Assembly (NCBI GenBank): GCA_963791815.1
Contig: CAWBTT010000002.1
Coordinates: 346,727-410,726, forward strand
DNA from: an uncultured Candidatus Micrarchaeota archaeon
GTDB taxonomy: Archaea > Micrarchaeota > Micrarchaeia > Anstonellales > Bilamarchaeaceae
Direction of reading: 5' to 3'
Length of the DNA stretch: 64,000 nt
In this document: positions 8,257-17,192 of the stretch, in pieces
Position numbering within the stretch: position 1 is the stretch's first letter
Layout of the letters: each line of letters starts with the position of its first letter
The notes under the pieces: model-generated
Database searches by the model: none
Seen by the model: the letters and a program-made list of their open reading frames with translations, nothing else
What the model was told of the DNA's origin: nothing
Translations under genes and position numbers: made by a program

Positions 8257-11200
8257 TCATTGTTTAGGCCCCCCTACACGCTCCATGATAATGGTTTTGT
8301 CATCTGAGCCTTTTCCGGTTATTTCAAGCGGAGAACCCGGAACAATGCACTGGAACGGACCAGGCCCGTCACGGCCCTCGGCAAGAGCAATCAGCTGCCT
8401 GCGAACTTCGTCCAAATCGCCTAAACATGTATCTATAGTATAGTGTATCTCAGAATCATCAACCACGTCCGTTATCCCATCTGAGGCGACCATGATTATG
8501 TCGCCTTCCTGAAGAATGACTGGCGTGTGTTTGGAGTTTGTTCCATTATTGATTGAAATATATTTAGTGGTAGCGCCAAGTGCTGAGACTACGATGTTGT
8601 TTGGAACCAGAGCAGGATCAAACTGCTGGCCAAGCTGGGTTAGTTCAAATGCGAAATTATGTTCAACAGTATCGTGGAATGTCTGCCCATTCCGCAGTAT
8701 CTTTGCAGGACTGTCGCCGCAATGCACAGCGTAGAACTCCTTCCCTTTTTGCATTGTTATTGTCGCAGTTGTTCCCATGTCACACTGGGACTCCTGGCTA
8801 TCATCGTTCACCACCTTCCTTGAGATTGCCTCTGTCGCAATCACAATATCAGCTAGTATGAGAGCCCTGCGAATATCCTCGGGAGACCTCAGCCATCCTG
8901 CGGCCGCATATATCTCGAACACCGTTCTTGCGATATTGCTTGCTACATCCCCTGAAGCGTGGCCTCCCATGCCGTCGAAAACAGCGTGGAGTTTCACCTC
9001 GCCTGCCAAAGTATGCACAGTCGCACTTGAGAAGCAGTCGTCATTTGATTTGTAATGTTTGCCCTTGCGGATTTTCGGAACGGTCATTCCATTATTAGTA
9101 TGTATTACTGTACGAGGCTCTGGCATTGTGCAGCCAAGGAACTCTGCAAGAGTGTTGAATTCGCTCTGGCGCTGCGCTGCAAAGTAAAGGCTCCTGAGCT
9201 TCATTGACTCCCCGTGCCTTGCCAGTATAAGAAGCTGCGGATAGTAGAACTTTTTATCGCGATCATCAGTGTAGGTCTTACTCTTGAACGCACCGTCAAC
9301 CGCAGTAACATCGTCCCCAGTCAGTTCGGATGGTTCCTTTCCGGATGCTATTGAAAGAAGGCGCCGTTCTGAAGCGTTGAGCGAAAGGTCTCCAGAATAC
9401 CTCACCCGATGCGAGAGCTCAGCTGCGTTCATGAGGTTTGTCATTCCACGCCTCCAGAAGTTCGCTTTCTCTTGATTGGAAGTACCGAACCAATATTTGC
9501 TGAAGGCCCTCAGCCCATGCTGATAAGCAGTGTAATTGTCAATTTTGAAATCCTCAGGGGTGAGTTTTTCTTCCTCTGTTTTTCCACGGATTCTCCTGAC
9601 TAGTGTGAGCTCTTCCTTAGTATATGCCTGCTTGTGCATGGAAAGGCCCATCATAAGGCGCGTGACCTCTTCAACACTTGGGTAATTGTTTTCCCAATAG
9701 GTCTGGAGTTCAGTTCGGTCTCCGCGCAGCCACAGGCCGAACGTAAAGATATGCTCCCTCGTAACATCTGAGAGCGGGACGTTGGAGAAAGTTGCTACCA
9801 AAGCTCTCTGGCTTTCTGTAAGTACTGAAACATCAGAAATGGAAAGGAGCTTCTGCTCCTCGGTCGGCTCATCAATTTCACATGTCCTGTAGATTGAATC
9901 CTTTGCACTGCGCATCCTGCCGATATCAGTTGCAAAGTTCCCCTGGGTCCACATTGATGAAATCAGGTTCCTCATTCTGAACTCACGGATCCCTGCCTCC
10001 ATTGAAAGGAATTCACCAAGAGTGTCAGTTGTGCAGTTTTCAACACCAATGACTTTCGCGATTAGTTCCTTCTCATGTATCATAAGTTCATTGAAGATTT
10101 CTTCGTTTGATTTGGGTCCCTCCGGAGCCTGCACTGGAGCTGGCGGCAGAATCGAAGGGGTTGGAGTTGTGATTGGTTCTCCACAATCATTTACAAGAGC
10201 AACAGAAAGTGCTATTACGCGCTCGATAGAATAGTCTTTTTGAATTGCGGCGACGGCATCCTGGTATATTGGAGGCACTTTACTGCTGAAGATGGTGCCT
10301 GTGCGTTTCTCAATCAGTTCTGCAAGGCCATTTGCCGCTTTCTCATTTTCAGAGTTGAGGCCTGCATAAAGAACAATAATTCTTGCGACCATCCTAACCT
10401 GGATATTCCTCTGGCTTTCTACGCCATCGAGTTCGCGCGGGAAGCTGTTGTTTAGCGCTTCCTCAAGGTCTGGATTGATTCCAAGGTTTGGAAGCGGGAA
10501 TACGAGAGATGGTGCTTCGGGCGCAATCTGAATCCCGTCAAGTTCCCTCAGCTGGAGATTTTCCCATCCCCTTCTCAACGTTATTCTTCCTGTTGAGCGC
10601 TCGAAATTGAACTCATATCCAGAGGAATCAGCAATTTGATCTTCAGGAATTTCCGAATCTTCAAAAGAGTTTATAGTGCCTGTGCTATTGGAATAGGTCC
10701 CGGCAATCCGCTGGCGGGATTCTCCGCTGGGCTTCCATGCGCCAATCATCTGATTTCTCAGTATGGCCGTGGAATCGCCCATCAGCATCAATATGTTCTC
10801 AAGTGTTTCAAGTGAAGGGGTTGAATTTGGGTATTGGCTACGAAGCAGGGCCCCCTGCGCAGGATTGAGAGAGGCTAGTGAAGTCTCAAAATCCTCTTGG
10901 CCCATGCGGTTCGAAACATCTGACTTTATCTTCGGGTCGATTGGCTTGTTTCCCATTGCCATGTCGACAAGGTCTGTTGCCATCCTCAGCGTGCCCTCAG
11001 GCGAATAATCGCTCCTCAGGGCCGCTACCGCGTTGCGGTAAATTGGCTGAACAACGAGGAACGGGACCTGATTGCGCACATTGAATTCAATTGACCTTGC
11101 AGCTTCCCGGATGAGTCTTGTGCGTTCATCATCTCCCTGTGGAAGAATTTCCTCAAGCGCCTGCTCAAGATTATGATCATACATTGTAGGGATTTCGAAT

Positions 11201-12468
11201 TTTGGTTCTTTCCTCTTCTCAGCTTCTTTTCTTTTTTCCGCTTCCCTTCTTTTTTGCTCAGCCTTTGCCTCGCAAATGACTTCAAGTGCAAGTGAAAGGT
11301 CGGTGACTTGCGCTGTCGGGTTTTGCAATACTATCTGAACCATCCTGCGAACAAAAATGTTCTCTATCTGAGAAATAATGACCTTTTTTCCAGTGCTGCG
11401 CTTGAATTTTTTGTATTCTTCGGCAAGATGGATTGCATTGTACATGTCTTTGAGGGCGCTGGCTTCCCACTCTGCTTTTGGCACTCCTGATTCCATACTC
11501 TGCCCAAGATGTTGCTCAAGCAGTCTCAGTTCGTCCGCAACTATAAATGCTGCGTCAAGCTCTTCCATATTGGAAGTCAAAGCAGTCATCCTGGTGTTGA
11601 TATAGCTGTCCTTTGCATCGACGATAGATTCAGAATCCATGGAACTGAGCAAATCAGCCCGCAGAGCGACATTTTGAGCTGCCTTGAAATCAGCGAATGC
11701 CTGGTCAATACTTCCTGTTTCTTCTGCCTTCGACGCTATCCAGCGGATTTCTTTGAGCATGCTCATTGCGAATGTGAATATTGATGATGATGAAATTGTT
11801 TTGCCTCTTATTGTCAGGTCAATAAGCCGCTTGCCAACCTCAACCTCTTGCGTGTAGTCTTCCATGTCCCCTTTGATATGCTGCCTTGCAATTGCAGAGC
11901 AAAGCGAGACATCTTCTACTGCGCAGCTTCTTACCACTTCCAGACCAAGTTTTGGCTGGCGGTCTGAAAGCTGGGCTGATCGTTTTCCAATATCAAGTTC
12001 GTGCAGACCTATTGAAAGTTCTTTGGAAAGGTCACCTTCTTCGACAGCATTCCGGAACGGACGGTTTTCCTTCAGCCTCTCTATAAGTGGAACTTCCATC
12101 TCCCCGGCAACCGGACCATTGAAATGAAGAATTCTCTTCTCTGCGGCTATCAGGACCATGAGAACATACTCAATGTCTTCCTTGCTGTATTCCCTTCCAG
12201 GCATCTCTGGATGAACATACTTTCCAGGCTCCCCATGCTGAACGACCACGGTAAGGAGTTTCCACAGCTCAGGTTTCTCTGAGATGTCTGGGATAAGAGG
12301 TTCCGGGGCGCCTTTGTACTCCGGACCAAGGTATCTGCGCGCAATTCCACGGGACATGTCGGTGAAATTGAACCTAATAGTCTTGGGATAGGAGTATTTC
12401 AACCTGGGTGATTTTGAAGAATCAGTACTCTCTTGCCTAGATGGCTTGCTCTCACCCAAAAATTTCAC
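8257..12468 (-). CDS. Giant repeat-containing protein with C-terminal PP2C (PPM) Ser/Thr phosphatase domain
   Basis: 1403-aa ORF. The last ~260 aa carry PPM motifs in order (HAVFDGMGGH, DMGTTATI, HCGDS, VASDGITDVVDD, DDKTII). The N-terminal ~1140 aa are unrecognised and contain internal repeats. Confidence 0.85.
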   Translation of the reverse strand: MKFLGESKPSRQESTDSSKSPRLKYSYPKTIRFNFTDMSRGIARRYLGPEYKGAPEPLIPDISEKPELWKLLTVVVQHGEPGKYVHPEMPGREYSKEDIEYVLMVLIAAEKRILHFNGPVAGEMEVPLIERLKENRPFRNAVEEGDLSKELSIGLHELDIGKRSAQLSDRQPKLGLEVVRSCAVEDVSLCSAIARQHIKGDMEDYTQEVEVGKRLIDLTIRGKTISSSSIFTFAMSMLKEIRWIASKAEETGSIDQAFADFKAAQNVALRADLLSSMDSESIVDAKDSYINTRMTALTSNMEELDAAFIVADELRLLEQHLGQSMESGVPKAEWEASALKDMYNAIHLAEEYKKFKRSTGKKVIISQIENIFVRRMVQIVLQNPTAQVTDLSLALEVICEAKAEQKRREAEKRKEAEKRKEPKFEIPTMYDHNLEQALEEILPQGDDERTRLIREAARSIEFNVRNQVPFLVVQPIYRNAVAALRSDYSPEGTLRMATDLVDMAMGNKPIDPKIKSDVSNRMGQEDFETSLASLNPAQGALLRSQYPNSTPSLETLENILMLMGDSTAILRNQMIGAWKPSGESRQRIAGTYSNSTGTINSFEDSEIPEDQIADSSGYEFNFERSTGRITLRRGWENLQLRELDGIQIAPEAPSLVFPLPNLGINPDLEEALNNSFPRELDGVESQRNIQVRMVARIIVLYAGLNSENEKAANGLAELIEKRTGTIFSSKVPPIYQDAVAAIQKDYSIERVIALSVALVNDCGEPITTPTPSILPPAPVQAPEGPKSNEEIFNELMIHEKELIAKVIGVENCTTDTLGEFLSMEAGIREFRMRNLISSMWTQGNFATDIGRMRSAKDSIYRTCEIDEPTEEQKLLSISDVSVLTESQRALVATFSNVPLSDVTREHIFTFGLWLRGDRTELQTYWENNYPSVEEVTRLMMGLSMHKQAYTKEELTLVRRIRGKTEEEKLTPEDFKIDNYTAYQHGLRAFSKYWFGTSNQEKANFWRRGMTNLMNAAELSHRVRYSGDLSLNASERRLLSIASGKEPSELTGDDVTAVDGAFKSKTYTDDRDKKFYYPQLLILARHGESMKLRSLYFAAQRQSEFNTLAEFLGCTMPEPRTVIHTNNGMTVPKIRKGKHYKSNDDCFSSATVHTLAGEVKLHAVFDGMGGHASGDVASNIARTVFEIYAAAGWLRSPEDIRRALILADIVIATEAISRKVVNDDSQESQCDMGTTATITMQKGKEFYAVHCGDSPAKILRNGQTFHDTVEHNFAFELTQLGQQFDPALVPNNIVVSALGATTKYISINNGTNSKHTPVILQEGDIIMVASDGITDVVDDSEIHYTIDTCLGDLDEVRRQLIALAEGRDGPGPFQCIVPGSPLEITGKGSDDKTIIMERVGGPKQ

Positions 12469-12610
12469 CTGTTTCTGTACATATATACTTGTGTAAGAAC
12501 CCTTTATAAAATATTGTGTGTTTTAGTGCGTACAACTGAAAACGTGTTTTGGAAAAAAATGGCTGAAACTTATTAACTGTTCGCCATAACAGCAATTCTG
12601 ATTATTCTTA

Positions 12611-12682
12611 GGGCTTGTAGCTCAGCAGCAGAGCGCTCCGTTCGCATCGGAGAGGCCGGGGGTGCGATTCCCCCCAAGTCCA
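12611..12682 (+). tRNA. tRNA-Ala (anticodon CGC)
   Basis: Manual cloverleaf: acceptor GGGCTTG/CAAGTCC with the G3:U70 Ala identity pair; anticodon arm CTCCG-TTCGCAT-CGGAG; T arm GGGGG-TGCGATT-CCCCC; 72 nt; no encoded CCA. Confidence 0.85.
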
Positions 12683-12720
12683 TGGTTTTATATTGATTAT
12701 TGTATACCTATCAGTAACTT

Positions 12721-13812
12721 TTGTTGATTCTTATGCTGCCGAATATCTATAAGGGAGATTACAGGTTGTTGTCCATACCCCCTCTAATACTGATGGCCAT
12801 AGCGCTACTGTTTATTCCATCAATCAAAATGGGCGTGGATTTCCAGGGAGGGACGATGGTCACACTTTCACTGAATGAATCAGTGGACGCAGAAGAGCTT
12901 GCAGCCAAGCTCCAGCAGGAAGGGCTTGAGGCCACTGTGAGTGTGTTTGAGACCTCTGTTGGCTACAAGGCCGAAATCGAGGTTCCGCAAAGCGACAATA
13001 TTGTCGAGGCTGAGGAACTGAAAGATGAATTTAACAATCTTTTCCCAACAGTTTCGCAACTCGAGGTGCTTTCATACAATGATGGCTCGTACCTTCAGGA
13101 ATTCAACACCAAGAAAGCAGAGCTTGATGGCATCGCAGACGAGATATTCGATATTGCAGAAATGGGAACCGTAACAACAAACAGCACCAATGAGCTTGAG
13201 AAGACGTTCTCTGAAGCATATGCAAAAGTATACTCAAATTATCAGGATTCTATTTCGACTCCTATAGACAAACATATTGCATACAGTTCAATTTCAGTTC
13301 AGACTGTGAGCCCGGTTCTTTCAGCAAAGTTTATCGGCACGGTTATTGACACTGTGATATTCTCGGCAATCCTGAGCGTCATACTTGTATTTTTCTTCTT
13401 CCGTTCGATTCCGCCGAGTGTTGCGGTTTTGACTGGAGCTTTGGCAGACATTGTAATTGCGCTTGGAGCAATGGGCCTCTTTGGAATACCGCTTACTTTG
13501 GCATCGTTCGCGGCCCTTCTCATGCTTATCGGATATTCTCTTGATACAGATATCCTGCTTACAACAAGAATACTCAAAAGAAAAGGAAACCCAAGGGAGA
13601 ACGCATTTGATGCTATGAAAACCGGGCTCACGATGAGTGTGACTGGTATCATAGCATTCACCTCCCTTTTCCTGCTTTCGGTAATGACCCACATACCGAC
13701 ATACTTCGAGATTGCAGGCGTTGCTCTTGCTGGCCTGATAGGCGACATGTTCGCCACGTGGGGAATAAACGCGGTGCTTGTTCTGCACTACAAACTCAAG
13801 AGGGATGACTGA
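12721..13812 (+). CDS. secF: Protein-export membrane protein SecF
   Basis: 363 aa. GVDFQGGT motif after TM1, then a C-terminal multi-TM block (LMLIGYSLDTDILLTTRI). Directly precedes secD with a 1-nt overlap. An ATG at 12733 is an alternative start. Confidence 0.8.
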   Translation: MLILMLPNIYKGDYRLLSIPPLILMAIALLFIPSIKMGVDFQGGTMVTLSLNESVDAEELAAKLQQEGLEATVSVFETSVGYKAEIEVPQSDNIVEAEELKDEFNNLFPTVSQLEVLSYNDGSYLQEFNTKKAELDGIADEIFDIAEMGTVTTNSTNELEKTFSEAYAKVYSNYQDSISTPIDKHIAYSSISVQTVSPVLSAKFIGTVIDTVIFSAILSVILVFFFFRSIPPSVAVLTGALADIVIALGAMGLFGIPLTLASFAALLMLIGYSLDTDILLTTRILKRKGNPRENAFDAMKTGLTMSVTGIIAFTSLFLLSVMTHIPTYFEIAGVALAGLIGDMFATWGINAVLVLHYKLKRDD

Positions 13813-15491
13813 TGGACTTCTACAAAGACAGCAAATTCCTAGCACTGCTTTTCCTGTTCGCTATATTCCTTGCCGGAATCGCACTTAATCCAGCGACAGT
13901 TGGAGGACTGCTGATAATTCTGGCAGTGATTGTTTTTGGCTCGATTGGACTTTTCTGGAAAGAATCGCACATCAAGATAGCTGCGCTTGTTTTCCTTGTG
14001 CTTTTGGCAGCTGCCAACATAACCTTGAACGGAGTAACTTTCGGTATTGATTTCAGCGGAGGAACAAGAATCCCAGTCACGCTTGATGAAGCGGTTGACC
14101 AGGACACCATGGCAGAGCTTGTTCAAACAATAAAGAAGAGAGTCAGTGTTTTCGGCCTGACGCAGGTCAAAGTGCGTGCAATAGGAGACAGCCAGGTAAA
14201 CGTTGAGCTTCCAAGTGATGATGAGGCGACAATAGCTATTGTTGAGGATACTTTGTCCAAACAGGGTGTTTTCCAGGGCGTAATCGATGGAAAAGAAGCT
14301 TTGAACGGAGAGCACATTTTCTCGCAGTCAATCAACGCGGTTCCGCCGCAATATCTGCAAAGCGGAGCTGACTGGGGAGTCCAATTTTCTGTTGATAATA
14401 CGGGAGCTGCGCAATTCGCATCATCTGCCAAGGGGAAGAATGATTTCCCGGTTTACATGTTCCTTGACCGTCCTGTTGAAGCAGTCGTCTTCTACGAAAG
14501 GAGTGCTTTCAAAGGATACATACTTTCAGATTCAGGAGAAAAGGAATCGCTCAGGTCCATGAGGGATGCGTTATCCCTTGAAGAAGGAGACATAGAAGTC
14601 TACGTAATCGAGGACCTCCCTGCGAATTTGACTTCCAATGGAACAAAGGCAATAGTCTCAAAGAACATGTCAAACACATCCAAGACATCAATTGCCCAGA
14701 TGGGATTTGTGCTTGATGAACGCGATGATAGTGAAATGTACGCGGAGTTCTCAAGGACAAGAACCGGGGTTTTGATACTGCAGAGATTTGAAGCTGGAGG
14801 ATTGCTCAGCGCGCCGCTCCTGAACAGCGGAGTAACAAGCGGAATACAGAGTTACACTTACACAGTTACCGGCGGAGTTACTGCAACCAGCCCGCAGGAA
14901 AAGGCCCTTGAGGCAAGGGACCGTGTGAAAAGCATGGAGTCGATACTCAAAGGAGGTTCGCTCCCGGTCCAGATTTCACTTGGTTCAAGAACCACTGTTC
15001 CGGCATCGCTTGGAAGTGAGTTCCTCAGGCTCAGCCTGATTGCGATAATAACGTCATTGATTGCCATTTCAGCCCTTATCGGAATAAGATACAGGAATCT
15101 TAAGGCAACTGCGCCCATCATGCTCATCAGTATGGCAGAGCTTGTAATCCTGATTTCAATACTTGGTTCATTCACAATCGACCTTGCCGCAATGGCTGGT
15201 ATCATCGCAGCTGTCGGTGTTGGTGTGGATGCCCAGATAGTTATTACGGATGAACTCTTGAAGAAAGACAATAGGAAGACTGCTGAAAAGATTGATTTGG
15301 CATTCGGAATCATCAAGACAAACGCGACTGTCGCGATATTTGCGATGGTCCCGCTTCTTTTCTCAGGGCTTGTTGAGATTATCGGTTTTGCCGAATCGAC
15401 AATACTTGGAGCGCTGCTTGGATACCTGCTGACAAGGCCTGCTTACGCCACGATTGTCGAAAAGGTCATCGAGTCGGAGAAAAAGGAATGA
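13812..15491 (+). CDS. secD: Protein-export membrane protein SecD
   Basis: 559 aa. GIDFSGGT motif, large extracytoplasmic loop, C-terminal 5-6 TM block (AAVGVGVDAQIVITDE). Confidence 0.8.
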   Translation: MDFYKDSKFLALLFLFAIFLAGIALNPATVGGLLIILAVIVFGSIGLFWKESHIKIAALVFLVLLAAANITLNGVTFGIDFSGGTRIPVTLDEAVDQDTMAELVQTIKKRVSVFGLTQVKVRAIGDSQVNVELPSDDEATIAIVEDTLSKQGVFQGVIDGKEALNGEHIFSQSINAVPPQYLQSGADWGVQFSVDNTGAAQFASSAKGKNDFPVYMFLDRPVEAVVFYERSAFKGYILSDSGEKESLRSMRDALSLEEGDIEVYVIEDLPANLTSNGTKAIVSKNMSNTSKTSIAQMGFVLDERDDSEMYAEFSRTRTGVLILQRFEAGGLLSAPLLNSGVTSGIQSYTYTVTGGVTATSPQEKALEARDRVKSMESILKGGSLPVQISLGSRTTVPASLGSEFLRLSLIAIITSLIAISALIGIRYRNLKATAPIMLISMAELVILISILGSFTIDLAAMAGIIAAVGVGVDAQIVITDELLKKDNRKTAEKIDLAFGIIKTNATVAIFAMVPLLFSGLVEIIGFAESTILGALLGYLLTRPAYATIVEKVIESEKKE

Positions 15492-15541
15492 TGCGATAGA
15501 AAGCTATAGCTTATAAATACTTTGAAACATTAAAGTACAAT

Positions 15542-17179
15542 ATGAACAACATGAGGCGGCCCAATGAAAATAGGGCGACAAAGGCCGCCAATATAGCTTC
15601 AGTGCAGAAGAAGGAAGATCCCCTGATAGGTGCGGTAATCAAACAAAGATACCAAATTGTAGACGTGCTTGGAGAGGGGGGAATGGGCAGCGTATACCTT
15701 GCAAAAGACAGGGAGTCAGGAAAGGATGTTGCGGTCAAGGTTCTGCACCAGTCTATGAGCAGCGAGGATACTATAGCAAGATTTTTCAGGGAGGTTAAGG
15801 CAACGATTACTGTCAAACACCCGAACATTGTAGAGATTTATGATCACGGATTGTACAAGGACAAATTATTCTGTGTCATGGAATGCCTCGAGGGAAGCGA
15901 CCTGCTTAGGCTCATACGTTCAATTGAAGGCAAGAAGCTTCCTTGGAAAAGGGTAAGGCCGATGATGGCACAGCTTTGCGGTGGTTTGCACGCAGCGCAC
16001 AAGGCAAGCATCATCCACAGGGATTTGAAACCTGGAAACATATTCATTGTCCAAAACGGGGATGGGCGGGACAGGGTGAAAATCCTTGACTTTGGACTTG
16101 CAAAAAACCTTGATGATGGAAATGACGATTTGACCAGGACAGACACCATCATGGGGACATTCAAGTACATGGCTCCTGAGCAGACACTCGGAAAAAAGGA
16201 TGCATATGACCACCGGGCAGATATTTACGCCGTCGGGGTAATCATGTACGAGCTTCTTACCGGAGAGGTTCCTTTCAAAGGAGAGAACGTGCTTGATCTT
16301 CTTGAGAAAATCAGAAAAGAAACCCCAATAAGGCCAAGGAGGCTTGATAGTGATATTCCTGGATATGTAGAGGAAATAGTACTCAAGGCAATTGAAAAGG
16401 ATCCGAGGAAAAGGTTCCAGACTATGAGAGAACTGAAAGAGGCAATAACAATGGGAAGCAGGCAATCAAAATCGCTTGGAGACCTTCTTCTTGCCAACGC
16501 GGTTGATGAGTTCAAGGTCGCAAGGCCCGTGTTACAGAATATTGATATAATCCCGGCAGAGGAGCTTGGGGTCGCTATTATACCTGAGGCCTCGAAAAGA
16601 GCCTCAGTTGGCCCGGTTCATGCAAATGAACCTGCTTTCGCACAGAACATGGGTGATTTTACCGGCCCCACATTTGATGAATCTCCAGAAACAGAAGATG
16701 CCGAGAGAGGGGGCAGATGGTTCGGAAAAGTTGTAATTATCACAGCGTTGTCCGCTGCTGCTGGATTTGGATACTATTACTGGGATAGGATAAGCCCAGT
16801 CGTCACTCCTTATTATGAGCAGGCAAGGGAATATGTCGAGAGGGAGATTGAAGGCAAGAGACCGGAAAAGGTCAGGCAGGAGCCGGTTGCAACCAAGTTC
16901 AGGGCGACAATTGAGACAACTCCTGGAAATGCCACTGTCTACCGTGAGGGAAAAGGCCGCAGGGTAGGAGAGAAAGTTGGCAGTACAAGAGCGCCTCTTA
17001 TCCTTAATCTTGAAAACGGGGAGCACACTCTGATTATCAGAAAATCAGGGTACAGGCAGAGCAAGGTGACAATATCGCCGCAGAACCCCAATGTCAAGGT
17101 AAAACTAAGGGCAATCCCCAGAAAAAGGGAAGTTCCTATTGAAATTGATTCTCTCGAGATAGAAGGCAATACAGAATAA
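15542..17179 (+). CDS. Hanks-type Ser/Thr protein kinase with TM segment and C-terminal PEGA-like domain
   Basis: 545 aa. GEGGMGSVY glycine loop, VAVK, HRDLKPGN, DFG, YMAPE. TM at VVIITALSAAAGFGYYYW. The C-terminal GNATVYREGKG...GEHTLIIRKSGY resembles PEGA. Confidence 0.9.
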   Translation: MNNMRRPNENRATKAANIASVQKKEDPLIGAVIKQRYQIVDVLGEGGMGSVYLAKDRESGKDVAVKVLHQSMSSEDTIARFFREVKATITVKHPNIVEIYDHGLYKDKLFCVMECLEGSDLLRLIRSIEGKKLPWKRVRPMMAQLCGGLHAAHKASIIHRDLKPGNIFIVQNGDGRDRVKILDFGLAKNLDDGNDDLTRTDTIMGTFKYMAPEQTLGKKDAYDHRADIYAVGVIMYELLTGEVPFKGENVLDLLEKIRKETPIRPRRLDSDIPGYVEEIVLKAIEKDPRKRFQTMRELKEAITMGSRQSKSLGDLLLANAVDEFKVARPVLQNIDIIPAEELGVAIIPEASKRASVGPVHANEPAFAQNMGDFTGPTFDESPETEDAERGGRWFGKVVIITALSAAAGFGYYYWDRISPVVTPYYEQAREYVEREIEGKRPEKVRQEPVATKFRATIETTPGNATVYREGKGRRVGEKVGSTRAPLILNLENGEHTLIIRKSGYRQSKVTISPQNPNVKVKLRAIPRKREVPIEIDSLEIEGNTE

Positions 17180-17192
17180 TTATAAAATCTAA

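Noticed and set aside
12469-12610. Third copy of the conserved locus promoter upstream of the PP2C giant gene
   Set aside because: It has the same general layout (CACAATATTTTATAAAGGGTTCTTACACAAGTATATATGTA). However, it lacks the TATCGA and TCCCACA elements, so it is treated as a generic promoter only.
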